A stretch of DNA of 64,000 nucleotides, from NCBI GenBank assembly GCA_964016885.1, contig OZ024744.1, forward strand, positions 88,412,001-88,476,000, given 5' to 3'. The DNA is from Eledone cirrhosa (lineage: Eukaryota). This document shows positions 25,349 to 40,375 of the stretch, piece by piece. Below the pieces are notes generated by a model. That model did not search any database and had not been told where the DNA came from. It was given only the letters and a program-made list of their open reading frames with translations. The number at the start of each line of letters is the position of its first letter. Position 1 is the first letter of the stretch. The translations under genes and the position numbers were made by a program.

Positions 25349-28300
25349 AGTTGCATTTAACTTGCTTTATGTTCATACGAGTTATCACCTAGTCACAACC
25401 AGTGACCTCAAGAGACAACAAGGTCCGCCATGTTCAAGAAAGAACATCCATACACACACATGCATCTTTAGGTGTTTAGACTTGTGATGTACTTATATTA
25501 ACAGAATCTTCCTTAGTATATGGGCAGTTCCCATTAGTACTATCTTTTGTATTTCTGCTATACGCGGGTTTCCTGGGATTTGCGATAAGTAATCATTAGA
25601 CCCCTTAGGTATCATTCCTAGAGCGCCTACAACCACTGGTATTGTTTTAGTTCTCAATTTCCACATTTTTCCAATTTCTATCTCCAGGTCCTTATACTTG
25701 TTCAATTTTTCAAATGTTTTTAAAGATACATTCTTGTCTATTGGAACGGACATATCAATTAGCAGGCATACCCTCTTTTTAAAGTCCTTCAGTATTATAT
25801 CAGGTCTATTTGCATCTATTTTTCGGTCTGTTTGGATGCTAAAGTTCCACAAGATTGAGATGTGATCTTTTTCAAGTATAGGAGGTGGTTGATGCTCCCA
25901 CCAATTCTTTTGATGGGGCAGGTCAAAATGCTTACACATTATCCAATGTATGTATTGTGCAGCTCTGTCATGCCTGTTTAGGTATTCGGTTGGAGCTATA
26001 GGACTGCACATTGAAATTATATGATCAATGGTCTCTAGTTGTTTTTTACATACACGGCATAATGGGCTGCATCCATTTTTTATTATGTTGGCTTAGTAAT
26101 TTTTTGTTGGCAGATACTGATCTTGTGCTGATATAATCAGTTCTTCAGTCTCCGATTTCAGTCCAGAGGATGCCAACCACTGATGGGTTAAAGTTTTGTC
26201 AACATCAGGATTGTTACCTCTGCTCTTTCTGGGTATTTTCCATACAGAGGCTTTTCTTGCCATTTCTTAGCCAGTTTCTGTAGCAGTTCTTTCTTTGCAG
26301 CTACTTTTACCTGCTTTGCTTTTTCTGTGTTTTCCATTTCAGCAGTAAATGGGACTTTTGAAATTTGTAGTCCATTACTGTATCTTTGTGCATCTTTTGT
26401 AATGGAATATGATCTTTAGATGCTTTCGTGTTTCAAAACGAGTTTGAACATCCAATCATGTGATTCCCTTAGATATGTACATAATCCAATTGTTGCAGTT
26501 TTCAACGCAATATATAACTGGATTAACCCACGTCCTCCTTCTTTCCTAGGGAGATATATTCTATCTGTATCTACCTTAGGGTGATGCTTGGTTAAGTATT
26601 TTCTAATTTTTGTATCGAGCCTACAGATCTCTGTGCTTGAGCAGTTGATGACATTGTAACTGTAGCTTACTACTGGTATGGCAAGCGTGTTTATGGCATC
26701 GATCCTATTCCTTCATTCAATTCCGTTCTTAAGATTGCTCTTACTCTGTGGTAACATTCCTTCCTTATCCTTTCCCTCATTGTCGAGTGCTTGATTCTGT
26801 CTCCTTTACAAACACCTAGATATTTGTAAGTTTCCTCTTGATCAAGTTCTCTTATCATATTCCCCGATCAAGATTAATGTCTGAACTTTTCAGCAGCCTT
26901 CTTCTGGTGAACGTTGCTTTGGCGCATTTATCTAGTCCAAACTCCATTTTAATGTCATCACTGAACTACTCCACAGTGGACAATAGCCCTTGCAATTGTT
27001 CATCATTTTTTGCAAATAGTTTCAGGTTATCCATGTAGAACAAGTGATTAATGGTTTTGTCATAGACTTTATATCCATGTTTTGTTTCATTGAACATTTT
27101 ACTTAATGGTATAAGTGCGATGCAGAATAAAAGCGGTGATAAAGAGTCATTCTGAAAAATTTCACAATTAATATTAACTTCTCCAGCTTTCAATGATTTT
27201 GTTTCACTATTCAAAAGGAGTGTCGTTTTCCATGTCTTCATACTGAATGACAAGAACCTCCTGACAACGGGAGATATTTTGAAAATCTCTAAACATTTTT
27301 CACTCCAACTGTGTGGCAAACTATCGAATGGTTTTTTATAATCTATCCAAGCAATTGATATATTTTTGTGTCTATTATGACAATCTTCCAGTATCATTTT
27401 GTTAACCAAAAGCAGATCCTTACAGCCATATGAGCCTCGTTTACACCCTTTCTGCTCATTGGGAAATAGGTCATTTGTTATCAGGTGGTCATATGCATAT
27501 TCAGTTAGGACTGATGTTAAAATGTTATACATTGTGGTCAAGCAAGTTATCGGTCTGTAATTTGGGGGATTGTTTGTCTCATCATTCTTCGGAAGCAGGA
27601 ATGTAATGCCGTTAACTAGCTATGATGGTATCTTTTCTGGCTCCTTAACTATTTCATTGTAAAGTTGGGCTAACATCTCATGAGACTCTGTGAAGGCATT
27701 TATCCAAAAATTTTGTATTTTGTCTTTTCCTGGAGATTTCCATTTGCTGGTTTTTCTTAGAGCCAAACGCAACTGTTCAACTGTTATATTTTCCCATATT
27801 TGTTCCTCAAGGTGAGCTGTATCTTTCATTTGTCTGTCTATCCATGGGGCATGTATATCATGAACTTTTTCTTCGGCCCAGATCTTTTCCCAGAATTCTT
27901 GCACTTCCTCCTTGGGTGGTATTGATTTAACAGTTATTGTTGACTTGCCAATTTTTCTGTAAATGTTTCTTTGGTTGTTTTTTAACATATTATTGTCCTT
28001 ATAGAATCTAGATCGTTTTTCAAAGCTCCTTATACGAGTAGCTTTGGCCGACAATTTTTGCTTGATTATTTCTATCGGCATGTCTATGTCACTTGTTGAT
28101 TTTATACTGTATTTTCTTTTCAATTTTCTAAGTTTAGTTTGTTTAACATGTTCACCTGCTTTGTAGTTTGTTAAAATTTCTATGTCAGATCGAAGAAGGT
28201 TTATTTGGCGATTGATGTTCTCTTGCAAAGTAGATTTCTTGTGGGAATTCCTTTGTATTTTCATTTTCACTCCACATAAGTGAGTGGTGACTTTAGCCGA

Positions 28301-29373
28301 TGCATAATAGAGATGATTTAAATCAGTAATGTTTAGTTTGTTTGTGATGATAATGTTTTTGAGAATTATGTTAGTCTTGTGTATTATCTTTTGGTTCTGA
28401 TTGGAGTTCTGCATCTTAGGTAGGGTGTCTCGTTCCCCCATGTCAGATTCTTTCATTTTCATCCATTCGATCATAATTTCATCCTTCAAGTTGGCAAGTT
28501 CATTCTCATTCATTTCTTTACCATTTACGATCTCATTGTTTTCATTTGGAGTTTCATCTTGAGCATGCACTCCCTCCACTTTTTGGATCTCTTCTTTAAT
28601 TTGTTCTGTTGTCAGTGATTCCGCCCCAACCCTGGGATTCGAAGTGTTACAATTTACCTCGTTTTCACTGACACATGTTTCATTTTCCCTTCGCTGACTT
28701 TGTGCTAATAGCTTCATCTAATCAATTTCTATATCAGTTAGTAACTTTTTTTTAACAATATTTCTTCGTATATTGGCTAGTTTGTTACTGTCCATATAGC
28801 CTCTGTTTTCGGGATGTTTCTTTTTCCAGTTGATATATGTCTGTTCTGTATTCGATGTATTTGCTGGGTAGTACATGGCAGTGTAGAAAGCCTCAATGAC
28901 TTCTTTATTATCTTCCCGTGACCATTTTTCTCTCTCTTTTTTTGGATTTCTTGGTGGTGAGCATGGAGGGCCAACAGTAGGAGTATTCTGTTTATGGGAG
29001 GTCTCCAGCTCGGAAGTGATGCGAAGGTTTGAACCATTAGCTGATTTTTCGACCCCAGTCTGGTTCCTCACTGAGGGACGCGGCCCTTTTTGACCCGGGT
29101 GACAGCTGATCCGGTATGAGATTTTATCATTTGACATTTACTTTATTTTGTCGCGTTTTATCCTTATCCGCCAAGGGGTAATCATTTCGTGTTACCACTT
29201 CTAGAACGAGTGTCAACCAAGACTAGAGGGGTCGTCCTCCCATAGAGACAGGGCTATCCCCGCCGGCTGCCATCCCGGTATTTCTTGGTCACGGGGTTTT
29301 CTTTTTTGTTGTTTTTTAAATTGTTAATATGAGTGAGTATTATAATGTGAGTATTGCGTGGCTTAGGAATGAA
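25349..29373 (-). mobile_element. near full-length decayed R4/Dong-clade non-LTR retrotransposon (RT, CCHC, restriction-like endonuclease)
   Basis: ORF pieces 29137-28718, 28717-27620 (WKSPGKDKI), 27541-26966 (EQKGC, WIDYKKPFDS, HLFYMDNLKL) and 26011-25493 (RHD, RPDI, IDMSVP, KYKDL). Flanked by (TAA)n at 25329-25348 and 29374-29480. Confidence 0.92.
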
Positions 29374-29483
<110 letters not shown>

Positions 29484-29500
29484 CTTGTGAAATTATATAT

Positions 29501-29945
29501 GAAATTTCGTTTCATTTTTTCCATTTATCGTTTTCGGGGCGCCCGGCCGATTAACTCACTCGTTATGCAAATTAGGCTGCTCAGCCGTTAATATGCATAA
29601 GGAAAGTATATACTTTCAGACATTCAATCATCTGGCAGGAAGGTATACGGTGCTGACGATAGCTAATAAGCTTGAAACTAGTACATCGTTCCTTTGCCAG
29701 TGTTGAACAACGATGGTTGCTAAACACTGTACGGCTTAATTCGAGATGTTTGTTTAAAAACAAACCGAACATTATAATAAATGTTCGGTAAATCCATACG
29801 TACATATATATATATATGCATGTATGTATATATATACATACTACTGTACGTCTGTATACATATATGTATGTGCGTATACATACTTATATGTAAGTAACAG
29901 CCGTACTAAGAGTGAGAAAGGAAATTTCGTTTCATTTTTTCCATT
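29501..29945 (+). mobile_element. 420-nt HHR-bearing unit with 25-bp terminal direct repeat (retrozyme/pLTR-like)
   Basis: GAAATTTCGTTTCATTTTTTCCATT at 29501 and 29921. HHR at 29647. Sister locus at 52488-53240. Confidence 0.82.
29647..29689 (+). ncRNA. minimal type I hammerhead ribozyme motif
   Basis: ACGGTG-CTGACGA-tAGCT(aata)AGCTt-GAAA-CTAG-TA-CATCGT. Confidence 0.82.
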
Positions 29946-30001
29946 CATATATTATATATTTATTCATACATTTATCTCTCTCTCTATATATATATATATA
30001 C

Positions 30002-30087
<86 letters not shown>

Positions 30088-30780
30088 CGCTCTCTCTCTC
30101 TCTGTATATATATATATATATACATATATATTACAATTTTTCTATGCAACCGCGCGTTCACTTGAACTCACACCCATACACACACCACACACACACATAC
30201 GCACAAAAGCACGAACACATACGGACTTACACACACTCACACACTCACACACTCACACACACATACACATACATAGTTAGATTGGCATGTTGGTTTTACT
30301 GACTGACAGACATAACTACATAACCTATACTCATGCATTTACTTTGGTGCGCCAGTAACGTCATATTGCCGAGGAACGTGGATGTGGGCGTGGGCGTGGG
30401 GGTGTGGTGGGGGTGTCATTAGGGGGGATAAACAGGTGATATAGCAACCCCTCCCCTCACCCCTTTTTAAATACTGCTCTTTCTCTCTCTCTCCCTTTCA
30501 CCCAATCCATATAACCACCCCAAACTCCGATGATATCTAATCTGTTCTGACGTTAACAACTAGGAATTACCAGTGAGGACGGGATGCTGGACGACGTTGG
30601 TGGGGTGGTGGTGTGTTATAAGAGAAATAGGTAGGGGTGCACAAGGGTCTTTTCACTTTAGGGGATCCACCCTCATTTTATGTTAAGGGACGCCTAGAGT
30701 TGGCGCTTCTCACACACCTCATGCACAAACCTATATATATATATATATATATATATAGTAGTAGTATATATATAGTAGTA

Positions 30781-30865
<85 letters not shown>

Positions 30866-30896
30866 TACATATATATATATACATATGCACACATAC

Positions 30897-30935
<39 letters not shown>

Positions 30936-30948
30936 CATATATATTATG

Positions 30949-31050
<102 letters not shown>

Positions 31051-31053
31051 TAC

Positions 31054-31124
<71 letters not shown>

Positions 31125-31395
31125 CTTACTACATATATATATATAGTAATAAAAAATGGGGAGCAAGAGGGGTGAGAGTAAATGAGATGTGTGGGAAATT
31201 AAAGAGAGAGGGAAGTGTCTATTTGTGTGACTATGTGTGTGTATATGTGTGTGAAAGGGAGACATAAGCACACACATACACACAGAGACAAACAGAGGCA
31301 CAAACACATACATAAACATAAATATGTAGAGTAGTAAACTGGCATACATCACTTTATTACTATTCATAGTTAGTACTGTTAGTAGCAATAACACA

Positions 31396-32029
31396 ATAAA
31401 GTACCAGTAATGAACTGGGTAAATGCTGGCCTTGTGCCTAAAGTAGAAACAAATATCCTATACACATAAAATAGCAACAACAGTAGTAGCATCTATAACA
31501 GCAGTGAATAAAGAATAACTGTAATAATTGTTTCTACTTTTTGGCACAAGGCCAGCAATTACTCCAGTGTATTACTGGTACTTTATTTTATCGATCCTAA
31601 TAAGGATGAAAGTCAAAGTTAACCTCGGCGGGATTTGAACTCAGAACTTAAGGGGCCGTAACTCTATGCTGCAAAGCATGGCGTCTAACCCTCTACCGAT
31701 ATTGCCAATCCACCACCCTATAAAAATAATTGTTTCTACTTTTGGCACAAGGCCAGCAATTTTTCCCAGTGTATTACTGGTACTTTATTTTAAGGAAGAA
31801 AGGCAAAGTTAACCTCGGTGGGATTTGAACTCAGAACGTAAAGGGCCGTAACACACAGACACACAAAACACACGAACGCACACACAGCCACACATATTTT
31901 TATATGAGGTGACACAGAAATTTAATTAAAACTCTTTCAAGCGAACTACGATTGGTCAAAATGAAGAAGAAGAAGAAGAAGAAGAAGAAGAAGAAGAAGA
32001 AGAAGAAGAAGAAGAAGAAGAAGAAGAAG

Positions 32030-32066
<37 letters not shown>

Positions 32067-32428
32067 TCAAAACAACAACAACAACAACAGGTAACAGTAA
32101 CAGTAAGAAGAACAACGATAACAACAACAACAACTACAACAACAGCAACAACAACAGCAACAACAGTACCAGCATCACCAGTAGCAACAGCAGCTGTAGT
32201 AACAGTACTAGTCAAATCACTCCTGTTTCAGAAATGAAGAACACATCTAGTAACTGTTTCTACTTTAGGCACAAGGCCAGCAATTACCCAGTGCATTACT
32301 GGTACTTTATTTTATCGACCCCGTAAGGATGAAAGGCAAAGTCAACCTCGGCAGGATTTGAACTCAGATCGTAAAGGGACGTAACTATGCTGGAAAGCAT
32401 GGCGTCCGACCCTCTACCGATACTGCCT
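31396..32428. mobile_element. cluster of SINE family A copies
   Basis: ~31396-31452 (+), ~31522-31716 (-), ~31725-31852 (-) and ~32250-32428 (-), around (GAA)n/(CAA)n tracts. Confidence 0.8.
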
Positions 32429-32916
32429 AATAACATAGTCTTAGGTGCACTGTGCTTGGGAGAAAGACAGTGTTTGCCATAAGTAGGTTGTTAAGCGTAG
32501 ATCGAGGTGTTCGTTTCGCAGTTACGTAATTTCAGATTTGTTACCAGCGTATTGTACCTTGGTCAAATGATTTCTACTATAACCTAGGATTATCCAACGT
32601 CTTATGCGTGGAACTTTGTTGACGAAAACTGTAATGATGCTGATCGTTGAGATCATTCTTGTTCTTGCGTGATAGATATTATATGTGGTTTATTTTCATG
32701 ACATAAAATATCTATATTTGGCTCAAGACCAGCAACTTGAAGGGAGGAGGAAAGTCGATTAAATTGACCCCACTGTGTGACTGATACTTTATTTATCGAC
32801 CTCGTAATGATGAAAGGCAAATCTAACCACCAATACTATTCGAATGTCATTGACTCTAGTTCGATTCTATAAGAATTGGCGCGGGTCTAATCTGCAACAA
32901 TAACTTACGTTACATC

Positions 32917-33659
32917 TACGAGGGTCGACAGAGGTGTTCATAGGTCGAAAGGTTCTTGATTTTATCTACCAGGAAGAAAGAAGCGGGTTTTTTTTTTTTG
33001 CACAGATCATGAATACAAACCACATTAACCGACTATTTAACCCTTGAAACACTCTTTGACGAGTATTTTATTTATTTACCTCGAAAAGAAGAAAGGCAAA
33101 GTTTGCCTCGGTGAATTTGAACCAAGTGCACTTTTGACGAGATTTGAAAGCAGAGCAGTTCGAGCCGGTACAAGATACTCTCATAAAATTATCAAATAAA
33201 GTTTATTTTTCAACATAGTCCCTTGAAAGAAACAATGGAATTTTTAATAAGAAGAGTTGAAATTTATGGATGCAACATTTCACAGCTCTAACATCACACC
33301 TTTATAGGTCGAAAGGTTCATAGGCTGGCCAAGATACTCTCATAAAATGATCAAATAAGGTTTATTTTTCAATATAGTCCCTAAGAAGAAACAATGTAGT
33401 TATTAATAGGAAAAGTTGAAATTCATGCATGCAACATTTCACAGCCCTAGCATCACCCCTACATAGGTTGAAAAGGTTCATAGCGCTGACCAAGATACTC
33501 TCATGGATTTATCAAATGAGGGTTATTTTTCAACACTGATCCTAGAAAGAAACATTGTACTTATTAATAGGAAGCGTTGAAATTTGTGCATGCAACATTT
33601 CACAACTCTAGCATTACTCTTTTATAGTCAGCCTTTGAACTTTTCAGTCCACCCTCGTA
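32917..33659. mobile_element. mariner-like non-autonomous element with internal ~160-bp tandem triplication
   Basis: Ends TACGAGGGT.. and ..GAACTTTTCAGTCCACCCTCGTA. CAAGATACTCTCAT units at ~33170, 33330 and 33491. Confidence 0.6.
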
Positions 33660-34039
33660 AGATATTATTGAACTGTGAATTACAATCAGGCGGTAAATTA
33701 GCAAAGTCATTGGAGTTTATGATTAAATACTTCGGTATTTGAACCGATCCAAACTGCTCTGAGTTCAAATTTTGTCAAAAGTACAGTGAGTTCAAATTCG
33801 CCGAGGCAAAGTTTGCCTTTAATCCTTTCGAGGTAGATAAATAAAGTACTCATCTATGTGTGGTTCAATGGTTAAAGAAACGGTTAATGTGGTATCTGAT
33901 CCGGCTCTATGCATTCTGAGTTCAAAACCTGCTTCTTTCTGTCTGGGATTGTGACTGATAGATAATATCAAGAAAGCACGCGCAGTGCACTCTGCATGTT
34001 AGTGGACTGACGTTAAAAGTGATAGAGAAGCTCGTCTGT

Positions 34040-34600
34040 TTTGGGGTTGTTTTCATGGGTGATAGAAGGCAAGACGCTGAATTAAATGCAAACATTGGTG
34101 GAGCCTTTATCATAATATACTAGCTTCAACATTTGGTTATCAGAAAAAGGGAGCTAAGTGTAAAACCAAACTTGTTATATTCAAATCAGGGTTCGCGCCT
34201 ATCCTTAACTATGATCATAACTCTTAGATAATGACCGAATGACTATAAACACGAATACAAGCAGCCGAAATAGGGTCTTTCGAGTAATGTTACTCGATAG
34301 AGTGCGTAGCTCAGAGATCAAAGACTCCGCACCAAGTGGAGCCGCGACTTCTCTGAATTGAGATATCACAGCTCCGATACTAATGATAAATGTCTCAGAA
34401 AACAATTGCAGGACACATTTTTACGAGCCATCAGGAGACTTTAGGGTAAACCTCGAGCAAGATTGTTGAATAACACCTATGAGCTCGGCTGGTCGTTCTG
34501 GAGCATCAAGCTGGATCAACTGGAGACTGTTGCTTCTGATATGACCCTCTGCAAGGAGAGTATGAGAAGTCTCCCTCATACGACCCTCCCAGGTACAGCT
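34040..34600 (+). pseudogene. RTE-clade LINE 3' fragment with (GAA)n tail
   Basis: Decayed frames giving RIQAAEI, LLDRVRSSEI and GKPRAR. Runs directly into (AGA/GGA)n at 34601-35281. Confidence 0.7.
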
Positions 34601-35122
34601 AGAAGAAGAAGAAGAAGAAGAAGAAGAAGAAGAAGAAGAAGAAGAAGAAGAAGAAGAAGAAGAAGAAGAAGAAGAAGAAGAAGAAGAAGAAGAAGAAGAA
34701 GAGGAGGATGCGGGGAGGAGGAGGAGGGGGAGGAGGAGGGGGGGAGGTGGAGGGGAGGATGAGGATGAGGAGGAGAAGGATGGGGAGGAGGAGGGAGGAG
34801 GAGGGGTAGGAGGAGGAGGAGAAGGAGAAGGAGAAGGAGAAGAAGAAGAAGAAGAAGAAGAAGAAGAAGAAGAAGAAGAAGGAGAAGGAGAAGAAGAAGA
34901 AGAAGAAGAAGAAGAAGAAGAAGAAGAAGAAGAGGAGGAGGAGGAGGAGGAGGAGGAGGTGGAGGGGAGGATGAGGATGAGGAGGAGAAGGAGAAGGAAA
35001 AGAAGAAGAAGAAGAAGAAGAAGAAGAAGAAGGAGAAGGAGAAGAAGAAGAAGAAGAAGAAGAAGAAGAAGGAGGAGGAGCAGGAGGAGGAGGAGGAGGA
35101 TAAGGAGAAGAAGAAGAAGAAG

Positions 35123-35154
<32 letters not shown>

Positions 35155-36257
35155 GATGAAGAAGAAGAAGAAGAAGAAGAAGAAGAAGAAGAAGAAGAAG
35201 AAGAAGAAGAAGAAGGAGGAGGAGGAGGATAAGGAGAAGAAGAAGAAGAAGAAGAAGAAGAAGAAGAAGAAGAAGAAGAAGAGCTTCTCTATCACTTTTA
35301 ACGTCAGTCCACTCACACGCAGAGTGCACTGCCCGTGCTTTCTTGATATTATCTATCAGTCACAATCTCGGGCAGAAAGAAGTAGGTTTTGAACTCAGAA
35401 TGTATAGCGCCGGATCAGATACCACATTAACCGTTTCTTTAAACATTCTTACACTCGGTTACACTCTCTATATTTGTATATATAGAGAGTGTAACCGAGA
35501 CTGCTGCAACGTTTATAAATATGGGTGGGTGATGTGTTACGTTTTTATGGTGGAGTGGTAGTGATATGTATGATGGTGTGGAGTGGTAAGGTGTGTTATG
35601 TGTTATTCATCATTCATTATTTTCTGGGTTTGGAGAAAGGGCCTGTGCCCATGTTCTTTGCAGTTCTTTTAAGACCGATGAGATTGAAGTTTTTGATGTC
35701 CAGTTTAAATGGTTGCCAGTTGACACCTGCATGAACGACGTGCACGGAAAGAATTCCAGAATAATAATATTTTGTAGAGACAGGACTATGTGTTGTGGTT
35801 ATTGCAGAACCTGGAAGAGTTGGACACAATATGGATGATGAGAGAAGAGATGAGTAGAAGAAGTAGATGATATTGCAGTAGCGGTAGAAATGTGACCTAG
35901 TGGCTTGACCGTCATTAAACTTATGCCGATCAGGCAAGTTATATTTGTATATATACACAGTGTAATCGAGACTGCACCAACGTGTATAAATATATACACC
36001 TATCTAATATCTAGGCATGTAACCAATTAGATCCAAAAATTAATTTAAGGTATTTATCATTGTTTCAATTAATAGAGAAATTCGTATTTTCTGACATGTT
36101 TACATACCTACATATTAGATATTTGTATATTTATACAGTTTGATTCAGTCTCGGTTACACACTCTGTATTTATATATATATATGATTTATAGAACTAGAT
36201 GTTGAAACGGCATGAGCTCAGCCGTCGGGTACCGACTCTTTATAATGTAACTTCATC

Positions 36258-36313
<56 letters not shown>

Positions 36314-37000
36314 TGCTTTTTGGGGGCTGTGGCCTACAATATATGTCTGACAGCAGCAACGCTCCAGATGTGGGAGCCATAATCCATTGTGAGTTTTTCC
36401 TAAACACTGTCGACGGACAGACGTTGTTGGTGGTAGTGTTGGTAGTGGTGTTAGTGGTGGTGGTGGTGGAGGTGGTGGAATTATTTTCTGGCTCTGAAGA
36501 GAAGGCCAGTCAGTTTGATACATTTTTTTCTAGTGATGTTTAGCATGTGTGTTCACCATAAGAGATCCTGGGTGAGAGTAAAACCTTGCATTTAGAGCAT
36601 TCATGAGGTCTTTATAATTGCGTGCCCTTCATGTTTAGGCAGTGTGGGATGTATTGATGTTTTAGTTCCGTATACATACAATCAAGAAAATAAAAGAAAA
36701 CAATATAACTAAATCAGATCTTTTGGCTTCCGTCATTCAATTGGTCTACGATAAAGGGGCAACATTGTTTCGGTGAATATAACTTGTTATCGATCTCTAT
36801 TTAGTTAACTAATTCGTTACAGAAGAAATGCAAGAACACGCACACGCATGAGCACTGAATATAACCGTGTGTCAAATAATGCATTTATGCAGAGTTGTAA
36901 TTGTTTTTTTTTTCTAATAGAAATTGTGTATTAATAGGACCATCTCTTTCCCAAATAAAGTCGTGTACTACCGCTTGCATATATATATATAAACATAGTT

Positions 37001-37038
<38 letters not shown>

Positions 37039-37165
37039 GATAACAAAATACTTCACTTTTTCAATATATATATGTATATATATATATATCTGTGTGTGTG
37101 TGTGTGTATTCATGATGTTATGACTACAGGCATCAGGCATTTCTGCACATATATATATATATATA

Positions 37166-37196
<31 letters not shown>

Positions 37197-37207
37197 GTGT
37201 GTGTATA

Positions 37208-37273
<66 letters not shown>

Positions 37274-37530
37274 TATTCATGATGTTTTATTTACAGACAT
37301 CGGGCATTTCTGCAGACAAAATAACTCTGTTTATGAGTATATATATTTATTTATCTATGGATATATATAAATTATATATAAACATATATATATATATAAA
37401 AACCTATACATCCATATATATATGAGTATATATATATACATTACATATATATATTATCTGGCAATATTATTACACAAATATGACCCTCCCCAATTATAAC
37501 AATATATATATATATATATATATAAACGTT

Positions 37531-37618
<88 letters not shown>

Positions 37619-38200
37619 ATTATATATATATATTATATATATATGTGTGTGTGTGTACCTATAGAGAGAGAGAGAGAGAGTGAGAGCGTGTGTCTGAGAG
37701 ACTGGGGTAGGAGTGAAAGCGGCAGAAAAAAGGGTGAGAGCAATCATCGTAAATACCCATATATAAAAAAAAAAACACCACACACCATACATGCACACAC
37801 AAACACACATGTACGCACACGTACCGTTGTCCAGCTCACTGTCATTAGTCGAGCAGTATTGTGGTAGATAGACAGTCAGATAAACATGGAGAATATTATA
37901 AATGGCGGGCGGGTTTTACGAGGCGGGAGTAAGAGATTCCTAATTCAGATAGGTATGCAATTACTGGACACAACACCCATCTCAACACAAGAGACAGCGC
38001 CATCTGCTCTAGATTGTTTATAACCCTTGGCGCACGGTGTGTTGTGTAAACGACGCCAAAACCGAAAGCGACCTGGGAAGATATATCTCAACGTTTTACG
38101 CATGCGTTGTCGCATGTTTAGAAATGCAATGTTTTTCTCTTTGTAAAGGTTTGCACTGGAAAATCACATTAGTGATCTTGTTCTAATTCAGACATGTGTA

Positions 38201-38327
<127 letters not shown>

Positions 38328-38607
38328 GAGCGTGTGTGTTTGTGTATGTATGTGTCCGTGTTTGAATATGCGTGTCCGTCCGTATGTCTGCGTGTCGATG
38401 TGCGCGTGTATCTGTGCGTTTGCGTGAATGTGTGTCTGTGTACATGTGTGCGTGCGTGAATGTGTGTCTGTGCACATGAGTGTGTGCGTGTGTGTGTATG
38501 TATGTGTATCCTCACGTGTGTTTGTCCCATTTAATCCTTTCTAAACCATAACGTATTTAAGCCTTTGATGAATTTTTTAATTTAATTTATCCAAACATTA
38601 CTCTGTA

Positions 38608-38800
38608 AGGCGGTAGATTGCCAGTATCGGTAGAGGGTCGGATGCCATGCTTTACAGCATAGAGTTACGGCCCTTTACGGTCTGAGTTCAAATCCCACCG
38701 AGGTTAACTTTGCCTTTCATCTTTACCGGGTCGATAAAATAAAGTACCGGTAATACACTGGGATAATTGCTGGCCTTGTGCCAAAAGTAGAAATAATTAT
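38608..38800 (+). mobile_element. SINE family A full-length copy
   Basis: Head GGCGGTAGATTGCCAGTATCGGTAGAG..GAGTTCAAATCCC. Further copies at ~39200-39333 (+) and ~39710-39850 (-, TSD GTCATAAAGTAATAGT). Confidence 0.88.
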
Positions 38801-40033
38801 AGTTACTAGCACAAAAATCACCGTTCGGTTAGTGTTCTGCTAGCATGTGTAGTGTGTATATTGATATTATACGCAAGTATATATATACATGTAGATATGA
38901 TACATCAAATAAAATCGTAATTGACAATATATAATACATAGAAATTGAACGAAGACTGTGTTACACTCTCTTATGTAATCAGTAACGTAATCCATGATAC
39001 ATTAAAAAAGATGATATCATATATAAACTACATTTGAAGAAAATTAGTGACGGAAATATATGAATGTTTATTTAAGCGACCGCTAACCGGAAGTGTTGAC
39101 ATTTGAAAATTTTAAAGAAAGGAATCTTAAAATAAACGACAAAATGATTTATATTTAATCAAGAATAACGAAATCTAGTAGATAAATTATGTAATTTGAT
39201 GCATAGAGTTATGGCCTTGCCATTCTGAGTTTAAATCCCGCCGAGGTTAACTTTCATCCTTACAGGGTCGATAAAATAAAGTACCAGTAATGCACTGGGT
39301 AATTGCTGCCCTTGTGCCAATAGTAGAAACAATTTTTTATTCAAAGTAATCCAACTTATTTTACAAACGGGATAAAAAAAAGTCCCGCGCTTCTTACTTT
39401 ATTATAGTTTAGAATACTCTGTTTCTTAACACACGTACATGTCCACCTTTCTCGCAGTCTTCTTTCTCTTTTGCGGTTTGTTGTCTAACTGGCGGCATCC
39501 CGAACAAGGCTTATATCTCGTCTACAGATATATCCTGACCAACCAACTCCATCGTCATAATCTTTATCAATTAGCCATACATCTATCCCAGTCTTTTATT
39601 GGTCACATTGTTTTTCCATCAGATCTCTAATATTTGGTGCAAGTTTTCGTGTTCAAAAACCTGAAATTTAACAGTTCTACGCCAAGATCTATAGTCATAA
39701 AGTAATAGTCTCTACTTTTGTCAGAACGCCAGCGATTATCCCAGTGCATCACTGGTACTTTATTTTATCGACCCCGTAAGGATGAAAGGGCCATAACTCT
39801 ATGTTGCAAAGCATGGTGTCTGACGCTCTACTGATACTGCCAAACCACCGTCATAAAGTAATAGTGATCTTATCACGGACAATTTTTGTTTTGGTGTATT
39901 TCAAACGATAATTAAACTTCAAAATGAATTGTAATTATTTTCTTAAACTGCACATTTATTGAGACATTATTTACAACCATTGTGTCCAAGTTCTTTAACA
40001 GACTAATAGATTTTATTGGCAGAATCTTTAGAG

Positions 40034-40375
40034 TGGGGGTCCCACCTTTTTTGCGCCATCGTCCACTTTCACGTAGAAAACCTTTCCACCGCTCTCCTGT
40101 ATAGTAAATATTTAGAAGCACACCAACAATGTTTGGTAAACGTTTGTTACTGATTCATTATTTTCATTTAGCCACACGTTTTTGCTGTAACTTTTTAAAA
40201 CAGGTTTTTTGCATATCCCCTTTTAATATTTTTTCTGGTAGCATATGCCTTCTTATACTCAAAATCCTATGTCGTCCACCAATGATCAACCATTTTCTCT
40301 TCAGATGCTCATCGCCCACTCATTAGTTGAAATTCCCCCATCGATGGGCGATATCGCCCAGGTTAGAAAACCCTT
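40034..40375. mobile_element. decayed hAT MITE
   Basis: Degenerate GGGGTCCCACC..GGTTAGAAAACCC ends. Flanks CTTTAGAG/CTTCAGAG. Confidence 0.45.

Noticed and set aside
29170-29210. Minus-strand GTG-GTAA-CAC-GAAA hairpin in the Dong leader as an HHR
   Set aside because: No CUGANGA core and no stem I.
33170-33640. Regularly spaced repeats as a CRISPR-like array
   Set aside because: Whole ~160-bp units are repeated without unique spacers, in a eukaryotic TE context.
37860-38170. Unique CpG-containing stretch as a possible promoter or exon
   Set aside because: No supportable ORF, splice pattern or homology from sequence alone.
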